Of a stretch of DNA of 64,000 nt, positions 37,400 to 50,600 are shown piece by piece. Numbering within the stretch: the stretch's first letter is position 1; the number at the start of each line of letters is the position of its first letter. The notes beneath the pieces are model-generated. The model did no database searches. It was given only the letters and a program-made list of their open reading frames with translations, and was not told where the DNA came from. Origin of the DNA: Chrysomallon squamiferum (taxonomy: Eukaryota; Animalia; Mollusca); assembly GCA_012295275.1 (NCBI GenBank), contig CM022678.1, positions 868,001-932,000 on the forward strand, read 5' to 3'. The position numbers and the translations under genes were made by a program.

Positions 37400-38280
37400 A
37401 AATTTCAAAGACAATTAGATAAAAAAAACTACTTTTCATTCGTCTCATGTAACCGGTTTTAGTGACTGTAGCATGTTGAACATTCGTAATTTTGAAGAAA
37501 AAAACAGAAACTCAAACTGGCGATATAACGCCAACAAACCATATTTCACGAGGTAAAAATTACAATTAAGAGCCTCGAAGCTGCTTCATAAAATTTCAAA
37601 GATAATAAAACTAATTATTATGTCCAGCTTCTTTTCATTCGTGTCACATAACCGGTTTTAGTTATTGTAGCATGTTGAAAATTCCGTAAAAGTTTCAAGA
37701 TGGCGATCGAAAACCGAAATGACACATAGACCATATTTCACGAGGCGATCATAACAATTGAATGCAACCATAACTTTTGATAAAATTTTAAAGACAGTAA
37801 GATAAAAAACTAATTATTATGTCCAGCTACTTTTCATTCGTGTCCAGTAACCGGTTATTGTAGCATGTTGAAAATTCCGTAAAAGTTTCAAGATGGCAAC
37901 CGAACACCAAAATGACCAACAGACCATTTTTGATGAGGCGATCATAACAGTTGAATGCGTCCAAGCATTTTGATAAAATTTTAAAGACAATAAGATAAAA
38001 ACTAATTATGTCCAGCTACTTTTCATTCGTGTCACGTAACCGGTTTTAGTTATTGTAGCATGTTGAAATTTTGTAAAAGTGTCACGATGGCGATCGAACA
38101 CCGAAATGACCAAAATACCATATTTCATGAGGCAATCATAACAATTGAAAGCAACCATAACTTTTGATAAAATTTTAAAGACAATAAGATAAAAAACCAA
38201 AGTTAATGTCTACTTACCTTTCGTTCGTGTCCAGTAGCTGGTTTTAGTGGTTCAAGCGTGTTGAAAATTCGTAATTTTCT
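37400..38280. repeat. ~190-200 bp subterminal tandem repeat (about 5 copies) inside the transposon
   Basis: CTTTTCATTCGTGTCACGTAACCGGTTTTAGTTATTGTAGCATGTTGAAAATT recurs at ~37430, 37630, 37830, 38018 and 38218. Confidence 0.88.
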
Positions 38281-38516
38281 AAAAGGCAGCGTAGGCACAG
38301 AAAAACTCAACGGAATCAAAATATTCGAAATCGTGAGCATTTATCAATATCCCAAGGAAAGAATATAACACGAGTCAATGAAAAGCGAACAAACGGTGCC
38401 CCCACCTCATGCAAAACACGATTTCTGTGGAACAGCTAATTGGTAAGAAACCGCAGCCGCTAATCGCGAGTATCTGCACATACCTACGAACTGAAAACAA
38501 AAAAAAAATGTGTTTG

Positions 38517-38840
38517 TACACAATTAAAAATAATATAAATAAATTAACTTACACAAAGGTCAAACCTCTTCAGCTTTCAGCTTTACATCCATCTTCTTGA
38601 ACACTTACACTGGTATTTAAATTTTGAACACTGAAAGAAATTTAACATTATTTTTAATATTTAATAAAATTATTAATATATAATAATTTATACACAATTA
38701 AAAATAATATAAATAAATTAACTTACACAAAGGTCGAACCTCTTCAGCTTTACGTCCATATTCTTGAACACTTACACTGGTATTTAACTTTTGAAAATTG
38801 AAAGAAATATAACATTATTTTTAATATTTAATAAAATAAA
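38517..38840. repeat. ~175-bp tandem duplication just outside the transposon
   Basis: TACACAATTAAAAATAATATAAATAAATTAACTTACACAAAGGTC occurs at 38517 and 38691. Confidence 0.85.
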
Positions 38841-39227
38841 TGATGATGATCCAACGATTTTCATTATTTCAAAGAGCTGTGGTTTTAATTATCACTGCAT
38901 CACCCATCATAGCAGCTCTGTCGAATTCAGTCAGTTTAATGTAACTTCAGGACCAGTTATTCCTCCCGTATCATTTAACATCATCGTTCGATAACGATTT
39001 GTACTTCACAAAAAGTTTTACCACATGGAAGCAGCCATTACAAAGTGTTCATTAAACTTCCTCTTAAAAAGAGAGCTCTTTTTCTAAGAGAATATCCGTT
39101 TTCTTTAGTATAATTCCACAATGAAAATCAAAGCACCTTTAATATAAGATTAAATGAAATTCAATTCTAACACCATTTCTTAGTGAAAAATACAAAATGA
39201 GAAAAAAATAAATAAATAAATAAATAA

Positions 39228-39277
<50 letters not shown>

Positions 39278-39794
39278 CATAACAATAATTAATCAAATAG
39301 AACAAAAAACGAAAAGAATAACGATAGATAATTTATTTATTCTGCTTTCACCGGTAACAATATTATTACACTCACACCGATATACACACACATCCAAATG
39401 CAATAATTTATCACACAGTTCAGATGATTAAATAAAATATTTAACCGTACACAGTACTAGGATCAGTGATACACCTGTTATGACGAGGAAATCTGTTAGA
39501 TATTAATAGAAATATTTAGTGACGTGTTAGTGCAAAGATTATCAGATTCTTTATCGTTCATAGCATTTAGTGATACACATTTAATTCTTCCTGTGTCTAA
39601 TATTTCAACATATTGATTTACATCCATTCTGTGTTATAAAATTCTCTAAATAATGTATTTTCTTCTTTTATTTTATTTGTAGTAGTAGTAGTAGTAGTAA
39701 ATAAATAAAATTATATGGAAAAATATAATACACTGTTGTGATAAAATGTCAATACTACTACTACTACTACTGCTACTACTATTACTACTACCTC

Positions 39795-39832
<38 letters not shown>

Positions 39833-40464
39833 TGAAATAAAATATGTACAATGTTTAATAATATGCACTCACCTAAAGTTTAAAGATGGATTAAACTGAA
39901 TTATAAATAAGTAAATATTGTATTTGTTTAAATTACTAACATATGCATACATATAGAAATACACACACACACACAAAGCAAATAAAGAGACATACCTGTA
40001 TACATACTTCACTATAATAAAACAATAAGAACATGACTGTTAGTTAAAATTCTAAAATATACTTAAATGTTATGTTTAATTTTAGAAACTAGACTGAGGT
40101 TGTGCCTAGGTTTTATTCAAAATGACTTTTCACTCTGGCTGCAGTTTGTAAAATAGTATAATTGTTTTCAATATTTACATCAAATACCTTACAATGACCT
40201 GAAAAAGCAACCTGTATTTCTCGGTCTATGATACTAGAAACAGTTAATATTAAATAAAATTATTTTTTTTCCCTTTAGTCATACAATGCTTTTATTATTA
40301 TATATATAATTTTTATTTTGACTTTTTAACTTTTTATTTTCTTTTTATTATTATTTTTATTTCAAACATAATACCTGTTTATTAACTGAAATCCTCTGTA
40401 GCAACAGGTAAAGTTACTTCCCCTTCATGAATGAAAACATGGACAAAAAAAACTGGTTACTTTC

Positions 40465-40549
<85 letters not shown>

Positions 40550-40639
40550 CACACAAAATACCAATGCATACATACCTACATACATACATACATGCATGCA
40601 TACTAATATTTACGTTCATATATATATACTAACTTATTG

Positions 40640-40690
<51 letters not shown>

Positions 40691-40741
40691 AAGTGTGAGG
40701 GGAAACAGCCATAGGGAATGAAAAAAGTGAAATATCTCAAG

Positions 40742-40804
<63 letters not shown>

Positions 40805-42107
40805 CATAATAATAGCAATAACAACAATTTCTTTCTTTGCACAATAGCTGTCAAGACCCACTGAATTTATTTTCACTGTATTGCTACCTGATTTTATAAA
40901 ACAATAAAATAAAATAATAAAAATAAAAAAACAACAATTATAGCTTGATTTCTTTGTAATACACTATACAGCACATAAGCCACACCCTCTCAACCCCACT
41001 GAAAAAACATGACAGGAATCATTCCATAACAGAATTATTTATATTTCCTCCCTCCTATCAATAATTTCAATTAATAAAGATAAATTTTGTTAAATTCTTC
41101 ATCAAGGTTAATGAAGATATTCTTAGTGGTTGCTTTGTTTATGTCTGTGATAGTTTTAATGTATTTTGTTGAGTAAAAGTTAGTTAGCATTTTAACAGAT
41201 CTTACTTAGCGAGCATTTAATCTATTTTTTGTTTGTGTTTGTGTTGATAATTAAAGTGTGTTACTCTAGGTGTAGAAAGTACCAGATGTGGAGTACATAT
41301 ACCATTATTATTATTATTGTTGTTGTTGTTATTATTTATATTGTTATTATTATTGTTATTGTTATTATTATTATTATTATGTCTGCGAACATTTTAATGG
41401 GTTATTGTGTAGGTGTGAGTTTTTAAATGTATTATTGTGTAGGTGTGTGTTAAAGAGTATTTTAATTTATATCATTGTGTGCAGATATGTAGTATTTCAT
41501 ATAATTATTTAATCTTAATGCACACTGAAACCAAAATAAAAACAGACTAAACATATTATACTGTTGTTGTCTTTTTTCTTCTTTTTTGACACTTGAAAGA
41601 GATTCAAGTTTTTACACAAACATAAGAGATTATATTTTCTTGTGAAAGACTCCAGAGAGTGTGATGTTATTCTACAGACAAAAGAATTAAGATTGTTTTT
41701 ATGCAGACTAAAGATATTACAGTGAACTCTGTTTATAACAACCTACTGCATAATGTACTGTCAACAGCCAACATTTCGGGAAACATTTTCTTATTTGAAT
41801 TTTGTTTTGGGGTTTTTCACAAGGAATGTGGAAGCAGATATAAAAACAGGAGAAAGACCTGATTACTGAGATGCTGTACTGTGAGTGACATCAGTCTGAA
41901 ATATCTGGCTACAAGTAAAAGAAAACTCACATATATACTCAGTCAATATATATTCAATAAAATGTTCTTATTACATACACATACATACATACATACATAT
42001 ATACATACATATATTTACCAACACAGTCAATATACTTGGATTGATGAATATGTTGTTTTCTATGCTGCTGTTTGGAATCATCATTCCCACTTTAGTCCCA
42101 GAGCAAC

Positions 42108-43060
42108 CAGCTTGAAACATACCAAACATTAGATTTATCATACTCTACCCCAACCTAGATAATATTCACTGAAACATACCAAACATTACATTTATCATAC
42201 TCTACCCCAACCTAGAGAATATACACTGAAATATACCAAACATTACATTTATATTACAGAAAGATACACTGAAATATACCAAACATTTTTATCATACTCT
42301 ACCCAACCTAGAGAATGTACACTGAAACATACCAAACATTACATTTATATTACTCCACCCCAACCTAGAGAATATACACTGAAACATACCAAACATTACA
42401 TTTATCATACTCTACCCCAACCTAGAGAATGTACACTGAAATATACCAAACATTACATTTATCATACTCTACCCCAACCTAGAGAATATATACAGAAATA
42501 TACCAAACATTACATTTATCATACTTTACCCCAACCTAGAGAATATACACTGAAATATACCAAACATTACATTTATATTACTCCATGCAAACCTAGAGAA
42601 GATACACTGAAATATACCAAACATTACATTTATATTACTCCACACAAACCTAGAGAATATACACTGAAATATACCAAACATTACATTTATCACTCTACCC
42701 CAACCTAGAGAAGATACACTGAAATATACCAAACATTACATTTATATTACTCCATGCAAACCTAGAGAAGATACACTGAAATATACCAAACATTACATTT
42801 ATCATACTCTACCCAACCTAGAGAATATACACTGAAATATACCAAACATTACATTTATCATATTCCACCCCAAACCTAGAAAAATATATGAAAAATTATA
42901 TTTATCACACTGTACCCTAACTCCAGAGAAAATACATTGAAACATGCCAAATATTATATTATTATATTCCACCCAAAACCTAGAGAATATACATTCAGAC
43001 ATTCTAAACATTACTTTTATTATACACTAACCAAAAACTAGAGAATATACACTGAAATGT
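42108..43060. repeat. ~57-bp minisatellite ACTGAAATATACCAAACATTACATTTATCATACTCTACCCCAACCTAGAGAATATAC
   Basis: About 16 tandem copies, degenerating toward the right end. Confidence 0.92.
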
Positions 43061-43865
43061 CAAATATTACCCTTGAATAATTTACTTATTACTAAGAATG
43101 AGGAAATTAACATGATAAAATATGTTTTGTTAGAACATTCCACAATTTACTTACATGGAAGAGTCCAATAGCAGAGTTATCAGACACACTTGTATGTAAC
43201 ACTATGTCACATTGCAGTATGCTTTTCTTGAGCAATACAGTAAATTTACTTAATCTAATAAAGACAACGAGTCATTTCCATTTATAAAATATATTTATTA
43301 TGTTAACTGTCAGTTGAATTACAATACACTTCATAACAATAATTGTTATTTAAAACATTAGCAATTTATCACATTTACACTCAAGGAAAACTGTTATGAC
43401 TATCATCCCATTTGTTACAACACTAACACAGAGAGAGTGAATTGGTAAACAGATGTCCTCTATCTAGTATACAGTAGTAGACTCATCTTCCCTGTTGCTA
43501 CACAAAATAATTAAGCAACTGATCCCTATTACAATTTATCAGAAATAAAAAAAAAAGCAAACAAAAAAAAGCTTTAAACAAAGCAATTTAAAGCAGTTTA
43601 ATTACTCCTGATACTGAAATGTTAATTAATTTCCCACGTTGCTAATCCCAACAAAAAGAACAGTTTAATACAACCACACTATCACATGACTTGCACAACC
43701 AATCAGACCAGGTGTTTTGTTAATCTGATTTTATTTCTGAAAATGAAAACAAACCCATCTTGTGATAATCATAGACAAAACTTACTGCGGCACAAAAAGT
43801 GCATAAAGTATATCCACTCGTCTCAATTATATATAAAAAATAAAAATTGTCTTCTTCTTTCTTTC

Positions 43866-43925
<60 letters not shown>

Positions 43926-44966
43926 ATTCAGTAATTTATTTATTTATTTAATTTTTGTTTAATTCTTTATTATCATAGTATTTAATTGAATAAAATGAAA
44001 AACACTTGGTGACTGGTAACTACTGCACTAATATCACTGGAGTTAGCTTCATAAACCATCAAACTAACATCTGGATGTGTAACAAATGGGAGACAATCCA
44101 CCAATTAAAGATACAGTTAATTATAAAACAGAAATTTGATCTAAAGTTAGTTGATGCACAAAAAATAAATATAGTAAAAAACTTTCTACCAAGCTAATTA
44201 AATAAGAAAAATACAATCAACGTAGGTAAAAATATATATATGTCATTGCTATATACATTTATTCAATGTATTCTAATGATTAAATACATAAAAGTTAAAA
44301 GTTAAAAAAACTAACAAAAATAATCTGTATAGATTCCCAATTAATAATAATAATAATAATAATAACAACAACAACAATAATAAATCATTAATAATTGAAT
44401 ACAAAAAAATAAAATAAAACTACAATAACAAAATAATACCCATAAAATAAATTCTCCAAGGAAACAATCATCAAAAGACAAAATACAAAATATATATTAT
44501 ATATATATATTTATATTCAATGTTATTTAAGGATCAGTGCATTAGTCCATGGAAATAGTTATAAAACGGTTCTATTCAAAGGAGTAACATTAAGGAGTGA
44601 AACCTCAGATATAAATTTTAAAGGAGTGACAACCATCCAACCAAATGGTAGGTGAACAAATGCAGAGGGAAGAGAGGCTTGCAACTGTTGTCAGGAGACA
44701 TGGAACTGTCCCTTTCAACAAATAGCTTTGTGGAATTGCGCACAATTTGCATTTCAGTACAAGAAATGTAAACTATGAGGTGGACAATAACTGCAGTGAT
44801 GGGGAACAAGAATTGTAAACAAGTTTAAAACATACAAACAATTCAGTGGTTCTAGTTTTGAAAATAAAATTTTGAATATACTTTGTCACTGCATCATTCT
44901 TTCAATCCTATGAAATGTCACTCCTTCAATACAGTGTTATAAAATAATAATAATAATAATAATAAC

Positions 44967-45005
<39 letters not shown>

Positions 45006-45595
45006 TCATCACAAAACATTGATTTGAATCAAATTATTTACAAGTAAAATAACAGAAGTATTAAAATGTTATCACACAGATTAAATCTGTTTTACTGCAC
45101 ACTCATAGTTCAATGTCAAACAGGTAAATAAACACATCACTAACTGCAAATATTCCTAATTTAATTTAACTTTATTAATTATTTAATATTATATAATTAT
45201 AAAATAGGTAAATCAAAATATTATTAACGAAAAATATTATTAATTTAAATTCAAATATACTTTATTAATTATTAGCTATTTTATAATTATTAAATACAAA
45301 AATGTAGTCATTATAATAATTATCTTTGCTATATGTCAAAGAGAAATACATGTATGGGAATATTAACTACATTACTGTGCACTGTTTTATATAAATGTAG
45401 ACAAAATGTATTCACAGTGAAAACTTACATTTGCTTTATTAATTTTATTATTCTCTATTTTCTAATGATAATTTAGTCAAATGTAAACATTGTATCAATA
45501 TATCTCCTAATTAATACAAGACTAAATTCAGATATTTTCTTTTATATGACAATAAAACAAATGAAACTAACAATAAAAAATAGCCTATGATACAA

Positions 45596-45646
<51 letters not shown>

Positions 45647-45662
45647 GTATTATATATATATG

Positions 45663-45694
<32 letters not shown>

Positions 45695-46419
45695 TGTATG
45701 TATGTATGTATGTATGTATGTATGTATGTATGTATGTATGTATGTGAGGGACTGAACCAAAAGCACCCAAGCATAATCTGAAGATACATAAACACCATTA
45801 ACATGTCTGAGGTTTATTTCTTCTTGCATAGATGTAAAGTATTTGGGAAATTCCTTCAATACACGTGGGACATTAATATAGGGTAAACACTGTCACTGGT
45901 TCTTTCTTAAGGAACCCAGGACAGCAATAGTCTGCCAGTATTGATCATGGATGTGAGATGTTATCTGTGTGACTGTGATGAAAGAGAGTTCAAGAGAAAA
46001 GACAATATCTGGCAAGGGAAAAAGACGTTTGGACCAATTCTCTGTAGTATAACAACGATACTATCATTTATAATGTTATACTATTGTGTATCATGGTGTT
46101 CATTCAGGCAGAGAAATTAAAGATGTAATCAAAATCAAACGTGTGTAGTTTTTGTGTGAGGGTGCTGTACACACCTGGCCACTTACATATATATATTTTG
46201 CTTCAAAATACAAATATATTATTAAAAATAAATAATGAGAAAGCAAACATTTTATAACACAAAAAAATATAAAATATCTTAAATTAAACATCATAATACT
46301 AGTTTAGTTATTTTAAACATAGCAAAAAAGATTTATAGTACAGAACTATTTTATAATGTAACAAAAAACCCACAAAAAAACTTTACCTTAACAATATACA
46401 AATTCATGTAGTACGAACA

Positions 46420-47636
46420 CAGTAAAACAATACAGAACAATTTTGTAAAATGAAAAATATATTTTAAAAATTTTACACTCAACATTAAAATACAACTTTA
46501 ATTATAACATCCTGTTTAACAGATATTTTCACACATGAACAGTCTAACACAAGTAATAATCAAGTCATCATGAATAACAAATCTGATTTAAAAATTGTCT
46601 GAATTTTCACTGACTGAATAACCTGATCAAACTTAACATCAGTATTAGTATTGTTGTATAATTATTGGAATCCTAACTTATCTGAACATTTTTTTTAAAC
46701 TGAATTGTGCAATAAATCCAGAAAGTGTTTCAGTGAAAAGTAAAAATCATTATTAAAATTTCATACAATATTATTTCTTGTTATGTACAAATACAACAGA
46801 CAGCAAAATATTTGAATAGAAACAAAAATAAACTGTACAACTAAGACAATATTTGAATAGATACAAAATACTAAGGAATATGGTTATACAAAATTTTTAT
46901 AGAAACATAAACTATGCCATATATTATTCAAAATATTTGAATAGATAGAATAGACGATACAATATGGCAATGTAATATTTGAATAGAATCAAACATTATA
47001 TCATACATTAATACAATATTTGAATAGATACAATACTCTGTACAATACATTAATACAATGTTTGAATACCATACATTAATACAATATTTGTATAGAAATA
47101 AAAACTGCACCATACATAAATACAATATTTAAATATATAAAACAGATTATACAATATGGTAATACAATATTTGAAAAGAAACAAAAGCACAATATACAAT
47201 ATTTGAATAGGAAAAGCAGAGTGCACAGTACAGTAATGCAATATTTTAGTAGAAACAACAGTTTACAGTATCTAGATACGCAAACTCATATTGACTTTAA
47301 TTTGAAAATTTGCTCTGGCGAATGTATCGGTTATTTTATAAAAACCTGTACATATTACTTAACACTGATACAAGATTACAGTAAAAATAGACACAAATGA
47401 AGCAGTTCAGAATAAAACTACATCAGGAATTGTTTCTGGATGAAGTAGAAAATTAAGATCAACTTTGTACCAGAAAAATTACAAACAAAATCCAGATTTC
47501 TTCAGAACAATTTTTCAGTTGATTATGAACATCAGTTTCATGCCAAAATATTATTTCAGCAAACTTTTAAAATATTCTCACCAGGTAATCTTGCATTTAA
47601 AAGTGAGAGTCTGTGCACATTTATAACAAAATGTAT
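46420..47636 (-). repeat. 3' flank/UTR of STAND-ANK copy 2, homologous to 2300-3290 (3' flank of copy 1)
   Basis: Shared blocks such as TTTTCACACATGAACAGTCTAA..CACAAGTAATAATCAAGTCATCATGAATAA, TTTCACTGACTGAATAACCTGATCAAA and CAGTATCTAGATAC. Confidence 0.85.
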
Positions 47637-50600
47637 CTATCTATCTGTTAATATATTTAGCACCATTCTCAGTAAACATAAAACAATTCCCCTTTTGTTA
47701 CAACTCTTTGCTTTATCAAGAATAATATTTACATCAGCACATTTGTCAATCAGTGCTGTCACAACTTCCGTATTTCCATGTTTTATTGCTAGGTCTAAAA
47801 CAGAATTGTTATCATTGTCTCTTAAATTAGGATCAGCTCCATGTTCCAGTAAATACAAAACTACTTTCTTCAAAGCTTGATGTCGTCGTATATAGAAATT
47901 TACTTTCTTCAAAGGTTCACGCTGTAGTAAATACAAAGGTAGTATCAGATGTGCACATTTAACAGCAGTAAAAAGAGGAGTTTCACCTCGATTGTTTTTA
48001 ATATTTATATCAACACCTTTTTCAACCAGTGTTGTTACAATTTCTATATTTCCAAATCCAGCTGCTAGGTGTAAAACAGAATTGTTATCATTGTCTGTTA
48101 AATTAGGATCAGCTCTATGTTCCAGTAAATACAAAGCTACTTTACAGTTTTCATTCTTCAGAGATGCATAATGTTCATTGTAAGTAAGAGCTGTAGAAAG
48201 AGGAGTTTCACCTCGACTGTTTTTGATGTTTATATCAACACCTTTTTCAATCAGTGCTGTCACAATTTCAAAATATCCATGTTCAGCTGCTAGGTGTAAA
48301 ACAGAATTGTTGTCATTGTCTGTTAAATTAGGATCAGCTTCGTGTTCCATTAAATAGAAAAATACTTTACATTTTTCATCCTTCAGAGAAGGATCAAGCT
48401 GTCTGTAATTAAAAGGTGACAAAAGAGGTGTTACACCTCGGCTGTTTTTAATGTTTACATCAGCACCTTTTTCAATCAGTGCTGTCACAATTTCTGTATT
48501 TCCAAATGCAGCTGCTAGGTGTAAAACAGAATTGTTATCATTGTCTGTTAAGTGAAGATTAGCTCTGTGTTGCAGTAAATAGAAAAATACTTTACAGTTT
48601 TCATTATTCAAAGATGGATCACGTACACAGTAACAAACAGCTGCAAAAAGAGGAGGGTGGCCTTGGCTGTTTTGAACATTTATATCAGCATCTTTTTCAA
48701 TCAGTGCTTTCACAATTTCTATATTTCCACGTTCAGCTGCTATGTGTAAAACAGAAATGTTTTTATTGTCCGTTACATTAGGATCAGCTCCATGTTCTAG
48801 TAAATAGAAAAATACTTTATATTTTTCATTATTCAGAGATGGATCACATTGACAGTAACAAACAGCTAGAAAAAAGAGGAGTGTGGCCTTGGCTGTTTTG
48901 AACATTTATATCAGCATCTTTTTCAATCAGTGCTTTCACAATTTCTATATTTCCACGTTCAGCTGCTATGTGTAAAACAGAAATGTTTTTATTGTCCGTT
49001 ACATTAGGATCAGCTCCGTGTTCTAGTAAATAGAAAAATACTTTATATTTTTCATTATTCAGAGATGGATCACGTACACAGTAACAAACAGCTAGAAAAA
49101 GAGGAGTGTGGCCTTGGCTGTTTTGAACATTTATATCAGCATCTTTTTCAATCAGTGCTTTCACAATTTCTATATTTCCACATTCAGCTGCTATGTGTAA
49201 AACAGAAATGTTTTTATTGTCCGTTACATTAGGATCAGCTCCGTGTTCTAGTAAATAGAAAAATACTTTATATTTTTCATTATTCAAAGATGGATCACGT
49301 ACACAGTAACAAACAGCTAGAAAAAGAGGAGTTTGACCTCGGCTGTTTCTAACATTTACATCAAAACCTTTTTCAATCAGTGCTTTCACAGTTTCTATAT
49401 TTCCATGTTCTGCTGCTAGGTGTAAAACAGAGTTGTTATCATTGTCTGGTAGATTAGGATCAGCTCCGTGTTGCAGTAAATAGAAAAATACTTTATATTT
49501 TTCATTATTCAAAGATGGATCACGTACACAGTAACAAACAGCTAGAAAAAGAGGAGTTTGACCTCGGCTGTTTCTAACATTTACATCAAAACCTTTTTCA
49601 ATCAGTGCTGTCACAATTTCTTTATTTCCTTGATAAGCTGCTAGGTGTAAAACAGAGTTGTTACAATTGTCTGGTAGATTAGGATCAGCTCTGTGTTGCA
49701 GTAAATAGAAAAATACTTTATATTTTTCATTATTCAAAGATGGATTACGTATACAGTAACAAACAGCTAGAAAAAGAGGAGTTTGACCTCGGCTGTTTCT
49801 AACATTTACATCAAAACTTTTTTCAATCAGTGCTGTCACAGTTTCTATATTTCCATGCGAAGCTGCTAGGTGTAAAACCGAGTTGTTATCATTGTCTGGT
49901 AGATTAGGATCAGCTCCGTGTTGCAGTAAATAAAAAAATACTTTATATTTTTCATTATTCAAAGATGGATCACGTACACAGTAAGAAACAGCTGCAAAAA
50001 GAGCAGTTTGACCTCGGCTGTTTCTAACATTTACATCAGCATCTTTTTCAATCAGTGCTTTCACAATTTCTATATTTCCATGTTCTGCTGCTAGGTGTAA
50101 AACAGAAATGTGTTTATTGTCCGTTAGATTAGGATCAGCTCCGTGTTCTAGTAAATAGAAAAATACTTTATATTTTTCATTATTCAAAGATGGATCACGT
50201 ACACAGTAACAAACAGCTAGAAAAAGAGGAGTTTGACCTCGGCTGTTTCTAACATTTACATCAGCATCTTTTTCAAACAGTGCTTTCACAATTTCTATAT
50301 TTCCATGTTCTGCTGCTAGGTGTAAAACAGAAATGTGTTTATTGTCCGTTAGATTAGGATCAGCTCCGTGTTGCAGTAAATAGAAAAATACTTTATATTT
50401 TTCATTATTCAGAGATGGATCACGTACACAGTAACAAACAGCTGCAAAAAGAGGAGTGTGGCCTTGGCTGTTTTGAACATTTACATCAGCATCTTTTTCA
50501 ATCAGTGCTGTCACAGTTTCTATATTTCCATGCGAAGCTGCTAGGTGTAAAACAGAATAGCTATTACTGTTTGTTGAATTAGGATCAGCTCCATGTTCTA

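Larger units (their letters stand above)
33802..38486 (-). mobile_element. Non-autonomous TIR DNA transposon (hAT-like, 7-bp TSD), 4685 bp
   Basis: Terminal inverted repeats TAGGTATGTG(GATAC) / (GTATCTG)CACATACCTA, flanked by identical CGAACTG at 33795-33801 and 38487-38493. It contains a frameshifted ORF remnant and internal repeats. Confidence 0.75.

Noticed and set aside
37400-38280. ~195-bp repeats as a CRISPR-like or RNA gene array
   Set aside because: Whole units are homologous, with no spacers and no tRNA/snRNA hallmarks; they lie inside a TIR element.
42108-43060. Regular repeat array that could be mistaken for CRISPR
   Set aside because: Head-to-tail units without unique spacers, no cas genes, eukaryotic context.
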